A stretch of DNA of 64,000 nucleotides from an uncultured Actinomycetota bacterium (GTDB taxonomy: Bacteria > Actinomycetota > Acidimicrobiia > Spongiisociales > UBA5794). Positions 30,779 through 40,694 of the stretch are shown here, piece after piece. The notes beneath the pieces are model-generated. The model ran no database searches. It saw nothing but the letters and a program-made list of their open reading frames with translations, and was not told the DNA's origin. Position numbers and translations under genes: made by a program. Every line of letters starts with the position of its first letter. The stretch's first letter is position 1. Location of the stretch: the NCBI GenBank assembly GCA_963785245.1, contig CAWAUO010000004.1, positions 314 through 64,313 on the forward strand, given 5' to 3'.

Positions 30779-31240
30779 TCAGGGCCGATCGGGCAGATCA
30801 GGCGTGCGGCCCTCGAAGTAGGTGGCAAGGACCACCACCGTGCGGCTGCGACCAGGGGCGAACCGGCGAATGCTCTCGAGGACCTCGCCGAGATGGTCCG
30901 ACGAGCGGGCTCGGATCGTGAGGAGGAGATCGAACTCGCCGGTGACGGCGTAGCAGTCCTGCACGAAGGGGAGGGTCTCGACTGATTTCGCGACCTCGGC
31001 GAGAGGGAGACCGCCCGGCGCTTCGACGCTGACCATCGCGGTGACCGGAAGGCCGATGGCCTCCCAATCGATTGTGATCCGCGTGCCGGCAATCACGCCC
31101 TGTTCGGTGAGGCGGCGGACCCGCTGATGAACGGTGGTGGTCGCGACCCCCGTCAGTTCACCGATGCGGCGGTACGGAAGGCGGCCGTCCTCCGCGAGAA
31201 GGGCGATGATCTTCCGGTCAAGTTCATCCATGACGGACAT
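30779..31240 (-). CDS. Lrp/AsnC family transcriptional regulator
   Basis: MDELDRKIIALLAEDGR..., TVHQRVRRL, CYAVTGEFD; start may be 31231. Confidence 0.95.
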   Translation of the reverse strand: MSVMDELDRKIIALLAEDGRLPYRRIGELTGVATTTVHQRVRRLTEQGVIAGTRITIDWEAIGLPVTAMVSVEAPGGLPLAEVAKSVETLPFVQDCYAVTGEFDLLLTIRARSSDHLGEVLESIRRFAPGRSRTVVVLATYFEGRTPDLPDRP

Positions 31241-31315
31241 TCTTACACATAGAGAGAAGACATGGTGTATTATTTACGTTGTTGGGGAAGAACTACCACG
31301 AAAGGGGCGTGCATC

Positions 31316-31399
31316 ATGCATCCCGATGTCGCATTGCAGATGAACCGTTCCCGCCAGATCGTCGCCGCGGCCTTCCACGCCAAGCGCGCAAAGCGGTAG
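31316..31399 (+). CDS. Unannotated 27-aa small protein MHPDVALQMNRSRQIVAAAFHAKRAKR
   Basis: GAAAGGGG RBS upstream, TATTAT -10 candidate at 31268-31273, terminator directly downstream. Confidence 0.55.
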   Translation: MHPDVALQMNRSRQIVAAAFHAKRAKR

Positions 31400-31414
31400 A
31401 ATCAGATCGAAGAT

Positions 31415-31448
31415 GAGGACACCGGAACCCGGTGTCCTCTTTCGTTGT
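31415..31448 (+). terminator. Intrinsic terminator
   Basis: GAGGACACCGG-AAC-CCGGTGTCCTC followed by TTTCGTTGT; may also serve the convergent ygfK operon. Confidence 0.85.
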
Positions 31449-31457
31449 GCCATCCCG

Positions 31458-34400
31458 CTATCCGGCGTAGGCCGGCTGTCCGATCCGGGTGCCGGCGCCG
31501 TCCACGATCGGCAGGTAGGGCATCGACTCATCGAGTCCCTTCCAGACCGCAAACATGGTGGCTGCCGCGGCAAGCGTTACCGCGTCTCCATCCGACGCCG
31601 AGGCTCCCGGCGTTGCCGCCGTGAGTTCGAACGACTCGTCGAAGGATGCCGAGACCTCAGGCGACGAGTACTCGACAGTCCCGTTGATTGAGAGTCGATG
31701 GGTCTCGCCGTCGAACCGTGACAGCACCGTGACGACCTCGCCCTCCCGCTTCACCATGAAGGCGTTCGACGACTCCGCATCGAACTCCACGCGATCGAGG
31801 TACAGGCGGGGCTTGTCCTGGTACGGCTTGCCGGACGTCGGACACGCCGTCACGCAGTTTCCGCACTCGTTGCAGAAGTCCGAGAGCACTGCGATCTGAT
31901 GCGGCTGGTCGACCCGGAACCGGGTGCTGCCGTGCTCGACGAGTGTGCCGCCTTCCACCAGGAAAGACGGGAGATCGGCGACGAACGCCTTCGTCTGGTA
32001 CGTCATCAGCGCCATATTCGGGCACACCCCGACGCACAGACTGCAGATCGTGTCGCAGTCAACGCACCGACTCGCCTCGGCCTGCGCCTGCTCCGTCGTG
32101 TATGTCAGCATCGTCTCGTTGAAGTTGTCGCGTTCATTGAGTGGGGTGTGCACCGTCGGCACGCGATACTCGCGATGGGCGCGGCGCATCACCAGGCTCG
32201 GGAGGTCGCGCGTCGTCGGGATCGGCAGCGGCGTCGTGTCAACGACCGCGCCCGACACCGCGGCGACAATCGCTGCGGCTGCGGCCTGACCATCGGCGGC
32301 CGCCTTGACGATCGAGGACGGCCCGTCCGCCGCGACATCGCCACCGGCGTAGACGCCGGGGATCGACGACTCGAACGTTGTCGAATCGACCTCGATGTAG
32401 CCACGCGACGTCAGCACGGGCACGACGTCGCCGAAGAACTCGAGCATCGAATGCTGGCTGATCGCCAGGATGAGCGTGTCGAGCGGGATCTCGAACTCGG
32501 AGTCCTCGATGTCGTACGGGATCTTCCTGCCGGACGAGTCGCGATCGCCCCGGTACTCGGTCCGGGTTGCGATGAGTCCGACAAGTTTGCCGTCCTCGAC
32601 ATGCAGAGCGCTCGGGCTCGCCAGTTCCTCAATGGTGATGCCCTCTTCAAGGCACGCATGCACCTCTTCGCGATCAGCCGGCATCTGGTCGATGGTGCGG
32701 CGATAGATGATCGCCACATCGGTCGCGCCAACCCGCCATGCGGAACGCGCACAGTCCATGGCGGTGTCGCCTGCGCCGATCACGCCGACCCTGGGGCCGA
32801 CCGGGATCGGATCCTCCTCACGCACACTGCGCAGGAACCGTAGGGCATCGATGACGCCGTCGCTGTCCTCGCCCTCGACCCCGAGGAATTTCGGGAGCTG
32901 CGCGCCCACGGCGACGAACACTCGGTCGAAGCCGTCGGCCCGCAGGTCCTCGAGGGTGAAGTCCCGACCCGCTGTCTGGTTGTAGTGGATCTCGACACCG
33001 AGGTCCACGAGGATCGCCATGTCCTGGTCGATCTGCTCCTGCGGCAACCGGTAGGCGGGAATCGCTCCGCCGACCATGCCGCCCGGGTAGCTGTGGGCCT
33101 CGAAGATCGTCACCGTGGCGCCGGCGAGCGCCAGGTCTTGCGCCGCTGCGATGCCGGCAGGTCCAGCGCCGATCACCGCGACCTTGGCGTCGATCGCGGC
33201 CGTCCGCTCCGGTACCAGTGGTGAGGTCTCGTGCGACATGATGAACCGTTTCATATCCCTGATCGCCAGCGGCTGATCGAGGTGGGTACGGATGCACGTC
33301 GTCTCACAGAGGTGGTCGCACACCCGTCCGAGGATCGACGGAACCGGATTGTCGGCCCGCGTCAGGTTCACCGCATCGTCGAATCGACCTTCGCGAACGG
33401 CCCGCATGTAGGCGGGCACGTCCTGTGACACCGGGCATTCGTCGACGCAGGGGGCTTCGATGCAGTCGAACAGCCCCAGCTTCCGGCTGGTCTTCGATCG
33501 GTCGGTTCTGAATGATTCCTTGCGGTAGCGCCAGTCCTCCTGCACCTCTTGGGCATAGGAGCGCAGGTTTACCCTGGCAAGCGTTCGTAGCGCGAGCGAG
33601 GTCAGCGTCGCCGCCTGCTCCTCCGTGTAGTCGCGCTCCACCGCCCAGCGCTCGACGCTCTCCGACACGGGTCCGTGCCACTCGCCGCCGAGATAGGTAG
33701 CGAGTTCGTGCGCGTCCCTCAGCGTGAACGCCAGACCGCTGTCGCCGAGTGCCGCACCGGCCAGCATCTCGCTGAAGGCGGAGAAGTGGTGCTCGGCGAG
33801 CGCCGTGCATGCGGCAAAGTCCTTGAGATCGCACGCCTCGGTCTTGTCGAGCGCGTTGGCGAGTTCCTCGAGGTACTGCGGCATGCGCAGATAGCCGCCG
33901 GTCTTCAGGAGATCCGAACAGACCGTGATCGTGGTCATCCCCGACCGCAGGAGGCTGGTGACGTTGAACGCATCCGCACCACCGGCGAACGAGAGCAGGA
34001 GATCGCCGCGGAACTCCTCCGACAGGCGCAATGCGAGGTTGGTGGTCACGGCGTGGAGAGCCCGGCCCGACATGTACATCATGTCGTCGTCCGGGAACTC
34101 CATCCGATGGTTCTCGACCTCGAGGGTGTTCGAGAGCTTCAGCCCGAATGTCAGACCTTTGCTCCGCGCGATCCGCTTCAGGTTGTGGAACATCGGGACA
34201 GCATCCACGTACTTGAGGTCGTGGCCGAAGGCCTCGTCTGGGATCACGATGTCGCCGAATCCGAGTTCATCGTTGATGATCCCTCGGACGCGCTCGGCGC
34301 CGAGCAGGGTCGGGTTGCACTTGACGGACGTGTGCAGGCCGCGTTCCTGGAGAAGGTATGTGGTGATCTGCTCGATCTCTTCCGGCGGGCATCCGTGCAT

Positions 34401-35030
34401 GGTCGACAATGTCATGGTGCTGGAGATCCGGGCAGGGATCTCGACGTCCCGAACCTCGGGGTAGCGCTCGGCGACGATGTCGACGTACGGGCCGAGGTAC
34501 TCGGATGCGTCGTCCATCGTGTCGAGGTACCACTGGACGTTCGGCTCCAGGATCCCCTCCAGGTTGTAGCCAACGCTCATGTTGAAGATCATGCCCGGGG
34601 CGTCACCGGGGAATCCGAGCTTCTTGTGGAGCGCATGGATGAGCACCCAGGCGCGCAGGTACTCGTCGAACGACTGGTAGACCTTGAGCTCCTGCGACCA
34701 CTCGACGTTGTATCCCTCGTCTTCGAGGTCGATGCAGGGCTTGTTGACATCGAGTTCGTCGAGCGTCTGGACGGTCTTCAGCTCGATGAAGCGGGCACCG
34801 ACGAGCCACGCGACGATGATGTTCTGAGCCATCTGGGTGTGCGGGCCCGCGGCGACGCCAAACGGCGTATCGAGCGTGGTGCCGTAGTTCGGCTGGCGGA
34901 ATCGGTCGGCCTCGCTCGGCGTGAAGAACGCCCCTCGGGGGATTCCGAAGATCGAGTTGTTGGTCTCGAGTTCGTCGAACACCCAATCGGTGAGTTGCTC
35001 CATCGTGATGGGCTGGAAGCGGTCTGACAT
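31458..35030 (-). CDS. ygfK: YgfK-type Fe-S/flavin oxidoreductase (annotated putative selenate reductase subunit; purine catabolism)
   Basis: GVAAGPHTQMAQNI, ELKTVQ..D, KPCID..DEGYNVEWS, TLSTMHGCPPEEIE, GltD-like GAGPAG, CNECGNC. Confidence 0.92.
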   Translation of the reverse strand: MSDRFQPITMEQLTDWVFDELETNNSIFGIPRGAFFTPSEADRFRQPNYGTTLDTPFGVAAGPHTQMAQNIIVAWLVGARFIELKTVQTLDELDVNKPCIDLEDEGYNVEWSQELKVYQSFDEYLRAWVLIHALHKKLGFPGDAPGMIFNMSVGYNLEGILEPNVQWYLDTMDDASEYLGPYVDIVAERYPEVRDVEIPARISSTMTLSTMHGCPPEEIEQITTYLLQERGLHTSVKCNPTLLGAERVRGIINDELGFGDIVIPDEAFGHDLKYVDAVPMFHNLKRIARSKGLTFGLKLSNTLEVENHRMEFPDDDMMYMSGRALHAVTTNLALRLSEEFRGDLLLSFAGGADAFNVTSLLRSGMTTITVCSDLLKTGGYLRMPQYLEELANALDKTEACDLKDFAACTALAEHHFSAFSEMLAGAALGDSGLAFTLRDAHELATYLGGEWHGPVSESVERWAVERDYTEEQAATLTSLALRTLARVNLRSYAQEVQEDWRYRKESFRTDRSKTSRKLGLFDCIEAPCVDECPVSQDVPAYMRAVREGRFDDAVNLTRADNPVPSILGRVCDHLCETTCIRTHLDQPLAIRDMKRFIMSHETSPLVPERTAAIDAKVAVIGAGPAGIAAAQDLALAGATVTIFEAHSYPGGMVGGAIPAYRLPQEQIDQDMAILVDLGVEIHYNQTAGRDFTLEDLRADGFDRVFVAVGAQLPKFLGVEGEDSDGVIDALRFLRSVREEDPIPVGPRVGVIGAGDTAMDCARSAWRVGATDVAIIYRRTIDQMPADREEVHACLEEGITIEELASPSALHVEDGKLVGLIATRTEYRGDRDSSGRKIPYDIEDSEFEIPLDTLILAISQHSMLEFFGDVVPVLTSRGYIEVDSTTFESSIPGVYAGGDVAADGPSSIVKAAADGQAAAAAIVAAVSGAVVDTTPLPIPTTRDLPSLVMRRAHREYRVPTVHTPLNERDNFNETMLTYTTEQAQAEASRCVDCDTICSLCVGVCPNMALMTYQTKAFVADLPSFLVEGGTLVEHGSTRFRVDQPHQIAVLSDFCNECGNCVTACPTSGKPYQDKPRLYLDRVEFDAESSNAFMVKREGEVVTVLSRFDGETHRLSINGTVEYSSPEVSASFDESFELTAATPGASASDGDAVTLAAAATMFAVWKGLDESMPYLPIVDGAGTRIGQPAYAG

Positions 35031-35047
35031 CGGTCGGCTCCTCTCCG

Positions 35048-36070
35048 CTACAGGCGGGCGTGCAGACGGGCGGCCTGCTCTCGGGCTTTGGCTCTGATCT
35101 CCTCCGCGTCGACGCGCGTTGTGGTTCCGTTGGCGAATACGGCTTCTCCGTCGACCTTGACCTCCAATGGCCGGATGCCCGGGGTGAACGCGATGTGCCA
35201 CGGGTCCATCGGTTCATACGACCAGGTGACTTCATCGTTCAGCGCTCCAGGGACGAGCGTCCACCCGTTCTCGAGCCACGACCACGCCGGGTCGGGCCCG
35301 ACGGTCACGTCGACCGAGCGTTGCATGACGTACGCGAGGCGGAACGACTCGATCATGTTGGCGCCGATGCCGTCGGTGCCGAGCGCGACCGGGTTCCCGA
35401 AGCGTGCGGGATCGGCGTAACCGACCCCGTTGTTCAGGTTCGACCGCGGGTTGTGGAGGATCGTCCCCTTGAGCGTGTGATCGGTGGGGAGGAAGACGCA
35501 GTGGCTGATGAGCCACTTGTCGTTGGTGAGGCCTTCGAGTCGCTGCGGCGCACCGGCATCGCCTGGGCCTTCACAAACGTGAATGTGGACGCCGACATCG
35601 AACTCGTCGGCGAGGGCCGCGGCCGCCTCAAGCGACTCGTCGGTGCAAGTGAAGGCGGCGTGGACGCCAACCATGCCACTTCCGCCGGCGGCGAGGAACC
35701 GTCGGTTCTCTTCGAGGCCGCGAATCACACCGTCGTGACCGTGTCGGTCGCTGACGCCGTATGCGGTCACCACGCGGACGCCGACCTCATTGCAGGCGTC
35801 TTCAATGACGGAGAGCGACCCCTCGATGGCGTTTGGGGTCTCGTTGTGGTCGATGATCGCGGTCGTGCCGGATTCGAGCGCTTCGAGCGCACCGAGCTTC
35901 GCCGACCAGTAGAGCATGTCGAGGTCGAGTGCAGCGTCGAGCCGCCACCAGACCTGGTCGAGGATCCCCTGGAAGTCGGTGGCGACCTCCGGCGGTGCCG
36001 GCATGCCTCGTGCGAGTTCGGAGTAGAGGTGGTGGTGGGCGCAGACCAATCCCGGCGTGACGTTGCTCAT
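35048..36070 (-). CDS. ssnA: SsnA-like amidohydrolase
   Basis: CAHHHLYS.LARGM, WWRLD, GTTAIIDH, HIHVCE, HNPRSN.NN, LGTDG. Confidence 0.85.
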   Translation of the reverse strand: MSNVTPGLVCAHHHLYSELARGMPAPPEVATDFQGILDQVWWRLDAALDLDMLYWSAKLGALEALESGTTAIIDHNETPNAIEGSLSVIEDACNEVGVRVVTAYGVSDRHGHDGVIRGLEENRRFLAAGGSGMVGVHAAFTCTDESLEAAAALADEFDVGVHIHVCEGPGDAGAPQRLEGLTNDKWLISHCVFLPTDHTLKGTILHNPRSNLNNGVGYADPARFGNPVALGTDGIGANMIESFRLAYVMQRSVDVTVGPDPAWSWLENGWTLVPGALNDEVTWSYEPMDPWHIAFTPGIRPLEVKVDGEAVFANGTTTRVDAEEIRAKAREQAARLHARL

Positions 36071-38646
36071 GCGGTGCTCCTCTCGCGAAGCGGTTCGTGG
36101 ACGTTCATGGGCGTTCTCGTTCTGCGGATGCCGTCGACCTCGTAGAAGGCCGCGGCGATTGCTCCAGCGGTTGGCACGAGGCCGATCTCTCCGACGCCTT
36201 TGACCCCGAAGGGGGAGCGAGGCTGGGGGACCTCGACGATGATCGTCTCGACGTCCGGCATGTCCTTCGCCCGAATGATGCCGAGGCTGCGCAGCGTGTG
36301 CTTGGTCGGGCGAGCGAGGTCGTCGGTTGGGAACTCCTCGGTTAGCGCATAGCCGACACCCATGTGCACGGCTCCTTCGATCTGGCCCTCGACGAGACTC
36401 GGGTTGACCGCCCGCCCGACGTCGTGAGCGGCAACCATCTTCTCGATTGTGCCGGTCTCGGGATCGACGATCGCCACCTGCGCGGCATACCCGAACGCCG
36501 AGTGGATCGTTGGATTTTCAACGTCGTCCTCGAGCGAGTCGGTCCAGTCGACGACATACTCGCCGTAGTAGTCGATGCCGGGTGCGAAGCCGGCTTCCTT
36601 GGCGACGCGACAGGCATCAGCGACGCCGCCGGCGGCCATCACGGTGCCGCGGGAGCCGGTGGTCTGACCTGCGCCGAGCTCTCTTGTCGTGTCGACGATG
36701 ACGGTGATCCGGTTCGGGTCGACGTCAAGTTCCTCAGCCGCAACCTGAAGCGCGACATTGTGGACACCCTGGCCCATCTCCGTCCAGCAGTGACGCACTT
36801 CGATCGAACCGTCATCTTCGAGGCGGACGACGGCCTTGGAGACTTCGACGAAACCATTTCCGAGGCCCGAGTTCTTCAGGGCCACACCGAGACCGACGGC
36901 CTTGCCGTCCGCCCTGGCTTGGTCGTAGGCGGGCTTGATGGCGTCAAGGCATTCGCGGATACCACGGGAGCCGTCGTCCATGATCTGACCGGGGCCCCAC
37001 ACCACGCCGGGTTCGATGATGTTGCGGGATCGCATCTCCCAACCGTCGATCCCGACGGATTCGGCGAGTCGATCGACGATGCCCTCCATCGCGAACTGGG
37101 CCTGATTGGCACCGAAGCCGCGGAAGGCTCCGCAAACGGGATTGTTCGTGCGCACGGCGATCGCTTCCACGTCGATCGTGTCGACCACGTATGGACCGCT
37201 CATGTGACCAGCGGCCCGTTCGAGCACCTTCATCCCAACCGAGGCGTATGGACCGGAGTCGCCGATCATCCGGGACCGCAGCGCGGTGAGCTTGCCGTCG
37301 GCATCGCATCCGGCCCACACCTCGATCTCGATCGGATGGCGCTTGGCGTGGATGCGGAACGACTGCTCCCTGGTCAGCGTGCAAGAGACCGAACGCTCCA
37401 GCAGGTACGCGGCGAGCGCGGTCTGGCCCTGGTTCGACATGTCTTCCTTGCCGCCGAACGCTCCGCCGTTCGAGACAAGTTCGACGACGATGGTCGATGG
37501 GTCGACATCGAGCAGTGATGCAATCTGGTTTCGATCGTCCCAGATCCCCTGCCCTCCGGAGTACACGTGAAGGCCACCATCTCCGATCGGCACTGCAAGG
37601 GTGGACTCCGGTTCGAGGAATGCGTGCTCGACCCGCTGCGTCCGGAAGATCTCGTGCACCGTGTGTGCCGAAGCAGCGAGGGCAGCGTCTACGTCGCCGC
37701 GACGGTACGCCGAGCGAGAGAGGACGTTGCCTTCGAGACCCCAAACAGCATCCTCGCTCGAGGCGAGGGCGGTATGCGGGTCGGCGAACGGTTCGAGGAC
37801 GTTGTACTCGACCTCGACCAGTTCGGTGGCGGCGCGGGCGGTGCGCTTCGATTCGGCCACGACGATGGCGATCACATCGCCGTAGTACGAGGTCCGACCA
37901 CCCTCGGGGATGAAGACCGGCCAGTCCTCGTAGATGATGCCGACATGGAGTTTCCCCGGTACGTCGGCGCCGGTGAAGACGGCGACGACGCCTTCAAGCG
38001 CTTCCGCAGCGCTGGTGTCGATCCGCACCACGTCGGCCCTGGCGTGGTCGGTGAGGCGGAGCGCTCCGTGCAAGAGGCCCTCCGGGCGGATGTCATCGAC
38101 ATAGCCACGCTCGCCGAGTGCAAGTTCGACGCCTTCGTACTTCGCTCCGGTCACGCCGACACCGTCAGGGATCGACGGCGGGACGACGTCGCCGGACGCG
38201 AGGAGTTCGATCGCCTCGAAGATCTTGGTGTAGCCGGTGCAACGGCAGAGGTGCCCGCCGAGCCGACCCGCGGTGGTCTTGTGATCGAGGTCGGCGCCCT
38301 TCTGGTCGATGAGAGCCTTGGTGCGAACGAGGATCCCGGGCGTACAGAACCCGCACTGCAGCGCGCCGGTGGATGCGAAGGCGTCGGCCAGGCGTTGCCG
38401 CTCTGCCTCCTCGAACCCCTCCAGGGTTGAGACCGACTTGCCTTCCACCTTCTCCATCGAGACGAGACAACTCTGGATCGCCTTGCCTTCAACGAGGACG
38501 GTGCACGCTCCGCATTGGCCCGACGGTGAACAGCCGTCCTTCGGAGAGGTGATGCCGAGCTCTTCGCGCAAGGCGGAGAGGAGGTGTGGATGATCGGATG
38601 AGACCTCGACCGGGAGTCCATTGACGTTGAACGAAGTGGATTCCAT
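36067..38646 (-). CDS. Xanthine dehydrogenase-family molybdenum hydroxylase, fused 2Fe-2S + Mo domains (selenium-dependent Xdh type)
   Basis: KDGCSPSGQCGACT, QCGFCTPG, LCRCTGY, GGAFGGK, AFRGFG, KGVGE. Confidence 0.9.
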   Translation of the reverse strand: MESTSFNVNGLPVEVSSDHPHLLSALREELGITSPKDGCSPSGQCGACTVLVEGKAIQSCLVSMEKVEGKSVSTLEGFEEAERQRLADAFASTGALQCGFCTPGILVRTKALIDQKGADLDHKTTAGRLGGHLCRCTGYTKIFEAIELLASGDVVPPSIPDGVGVTGAKYEGVELALGERGYVDDIRPEGLLHGALRLTDHARADVVRIDTSAAEALEGVVAVFTGADVPGKLHVGIIYEDWPVFIPEGGRTSYYGDVIAIVVAESKRTARAATELVEVEYNVLEPFADPHTALASSEDAVWGLEGNVLSRSAYRRGDVDAALAASAHTVHEIFRTQRVEHAFLEPESTLAVPIGDGGLHVYSGGQGIWDDRNQIASLLDVDPSTIVVELVSNGGAFGGKEDMSNQGQTALAAYLLERSVSCTLTREQSFRIHAKRHPIEIEVWAGCDADGKLTALRSRMIGDSGPYASVGMKVLERAAGHMSGPYVVDTIDVEAIAVRTNNPVCGAFRGFGANQAQFAMEGIVDRLAESVGIDGWEMRSRNIIEPGVVWGPGQIMDDGSRGIRECLDAIKPAYDQARADGKAVGLGVALKNSGLGNGFVEVSKAVVRLEDDGSIEVRHCWTEMGQGVHNVALQVAAEELDVDPNRITVIVDTTRELGAGQTTGSRGTVMAAGGVADACRVAKEAGFAPGIDYYGEYVVDWTDSLEDDVENPTIHSAFGYAAQVAIVDPETGTIEKMVAAHDVGRAVNPSLVEGQIEGAVHMGVGYALTEEFPTDDLARPTKHTLRSLGIIRAKDMPDVETIIVEVPQPRSPFGVKGVGEIGLVPTAGAIAAAFYEVDGIRRTRTPMNVHEPLRERSTA

Positions 38647-38689
38647 GGTTGAGCCTCCTCTGATTCACCAACCGTATCATCCCCGTTCG

Positions 38690-38706
38690 GTTGACATTTT
38701 GTCAAC
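38690..38706. promoter_or_regulatory. Palindromic operator / -35 upstream of the xdh operon
   Basis: GTTGACATTTTGTCAAC: perfect 7-bp arms with 3-bp spacer. Confidence 0.75.
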
Positions 38707-38771
38707 TCGCGGGACCGGCGGTCCTGCAGGCGCCACGCGCTACAGTCAGCCCGAGCTAGACCGGAGGGTCG

Positions 38772-39017
38772 ATGCCCGGATATCGCGCGGAGTTCATGGT
38801 CGAACCCTTTGTTGAGGGCTCCCTTGGTCCGCCCGTGGTGGCGGCGGTCGATGCAGTGGCGGCACACGGATTCGAGCCGAACGTTGATGCGTTTGGCACC
38901 TCGATTGCAGGAGACGCCGAATCGGTGGTGGCAGCGCTCGCCGACATGCTGCACGCGGCGATGGGGGCCGGTGCGACGAGAGTCACCGTCCAGGTCGAGT
39001 GCCGCAGCGAATCGTGA
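38772..39017 (+). CDS. Small thiamine-binding/YkoF (DUF77)-like protein
   Basis: 81 aa; EFMVEPF...VDAFGTSIAG...GATRVTVQV suggests a ferredoxin-like fold; overlaps the next gene (GTGA). Confidence 0.65.
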   Translation: MPGYRAEFMVEPFVEGSLGPPVVAAVDAVAAHGFEPNVDAFGTSIAGDAESVVAALADMLHAAMGAGATRVTVQVECRSES

Positions 39018-39376
39018 ACCCGAACGGCCACCCCGTCATTGTGGCGACCCGCCCGGCCATCGAGGCGACCGGTGCCACCGTCGTGGCACCATCCGAAGCC
39101 GGGGCCCTCGACGTGCCGGTCGAATGGGAGGGCGAGGTCGTCGCCTATGTGCGGGTCGGTTCGCTCGCCGACGCGCTGGGCAATCTGGTGACACGGATCG
39201 AAGAGGAGCTCGGTGCTCCACTCCCGGAACTCGACCGCACGGGCAAACAGGTTGCAGTTCGGTTGCTCGACGAGCGCGGGGCCTTCCTCCTGCGGAGGTC
39301 GATCGAGGACATCGCCGACCTGATGGGTGTGAGCCGAATCACGATCTACAACTATCTGAATGCGATCCGAATATGA
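39014..39376 (+). CDS. HTH protein (YheO/DauR C-terminal HTH_22-like)
   Basis: KQVAVRLLDERGAFLLRRSIEDIADLMGVSRITIYNYLN. Confidence 0.85.
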   Translation: MNPNGHPVIVATRPAIEATGATVVAPSEAGALDVPVEWEGEVVAYVRVGSLADALGNLVTRIEEELGAPLPELDRTGKQVAVRLLDERGAFLLRRSIEDIADLMGVSRITIYNYLNAIRI

Positions 39377-39402
39377 GGGCTCGAGTGTTCGGGGCGTACG
39401 AT

Positions 39403-39431
39403 TTGACATTTCGTCAACGGAGGAGAATGCT
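39403..39431 (+). promoter_or_regulatory. Second operator copy overlapping a sigma70-type promoter of the ABC operon
   Basis: TTGACATTTCGTCAA; TTGACA-N17-AATGCT. Confidence 0.7.
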
Positions 39432-39482
39432 ACCGATCGCGGCTCCGTTGGAAGGTCGAGGTAAGCACCCGGTGGAACTGAG

Positions 39483-40694
39483 ATGAGTGTCAACCTCAGT
39501 CACCAGCAGCGGCGGATCCTGGCGTACAGCATCCCCGTCCTCGCGGTCTTCGCTGCACTCCTCTTCGGCGCGATCATGCTGGTTCTGCTCGGCGCCAACC
39601 CGATCGAGGGCTACTCCGAGATGTTCGTCGGGGCCTTCGGATCCGGCAACGCGCTGATCGCGACGATCCTCAAGGCGACTCCGCTCCTGTTCGTCGGTAC
39701 CGGCATCGTGATCGCGTTCCGTGCGAACGTCATCAACATCGGCGCCGAGGGCCAGATGGTGCTCGGCGGCCTCTTCGCCACCATGGCGGCTCTCTACCTC
39801 CCGGACCTCCCTGCGATCATCATGGTTCCGGTGATTCTGCTGGCGGGCCTCGCCGGCGGCGCCCTCTGGGGTTGGATCCCCGGCATGCTCAAGGCGTACT
39901 ACCGGGTCAACGAGATCCTCAGCACGATCATGCTGAACATCGTCGCCGTGCAGTTGATGAGCTATCTGCTACGTGGTCCGCTCATCGACCCCGCCGAGAT
40001 CGAGAAGGGCACCCGGATCCCGCAGACCGAGCGCCTCATGGAGTCCGCCGACCTGCCCATCATCTTCGGCGACCGATTCCACATCGGGCCGATCCTTGCC
40101 GTCCTCTGCGCCATCGCTACCTACTACCTGCTGTGGCGGACACCCCTCGGCTACCGCCTCCGAGCCGTCGGTCTCAGCGAGCACGCCGCCCGCTACGCCG
40201 GCATCCCGGTGCGCAGGACGATCGCTCTCGCCCTAACGATGTCGGGCGCACTCGCCGGTCTTGCCGGCGCGGTCCTGGTGTTCGGCAGCGAGAGCCACCG
40301 CATGGTGACCGACGGTTCCACGATGGGGTTCACGGGGAGCGCCGGCTTCAACGGCATCGTCGCCGCTCTGCTTGGTGGCCTCCATCCCCTCTGGACGATT
40401 CCGGCGTCGTTCCTCTTCGGTGGTCTCATCGTCGGTGGCCAGGCACTGCAGCGTGCCGTGCAGGTTCCTTCAGCGCTCATCGTTGCGCTGAACGGTCTGG
40501 TCGTCATCTTCGTCGTCGCGGCTGATCGCTACCGGGTGAAACTCCTCACGACCGACGGTCGCGATGAGGAGATTGCTGACGACGGCAGCATGCCCCTCGA
40601 TGACGACGATTCGGCGCTCGGTTCGGTGTATGACGCCGCGCCCAGAGGGACTGAATCATATGGTCAGGACGAGTTCGGGGAGGATCCCCGATGA
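39483..40694 (+). CDS. Nucleoside/purine ABC transporter permease
   Basis: NIGAEGQ, NEILSTIMLN, GFNGIVAALLG. Confidence 0.92.
   Translation: MSVNLSHQQRRILAYSIPVLAVFAALLFGAIMLVLLGANPIEGYSEMFVGAFGSGNALIATILKATPLLFVGTGIVIAFRANVINIGAEGQMVLGGLFATMAALYLPDLPAIIMVPVILLAGLAGGALWGWIPGMLKAYYRVNEILSTIMLNIVAVQLMSYLLRGPLIDPAEIEKGTRIPQTERLMESADLPIIFGDRFHIGPILAVLCAIATYYLLWRTPLGYRLRAVGLSEHAARYAGIPVRRTIALALTMSGALAGLAGAVLVFGSESHRMVTDGSTMGFTGSAGFNGIVAALLGGLHPLWTIPASFLFGGLIVGGQALQRAVQVPSALIVALNGLVVIFVVAADRYRVKLLTTDGRDEEIADDGSMPLDDDDSALGSVYDAAPRGTESYGQDEFGEDPR

Noticed and set aside
31458-38646. Selenocysteine recoding, or true selenate respiration
   Set aside because: The ORFs are open without in-frame TGA. The 'selenate reductase' label of YgfK is a legacy annotation, and the context points to purine catabolism.
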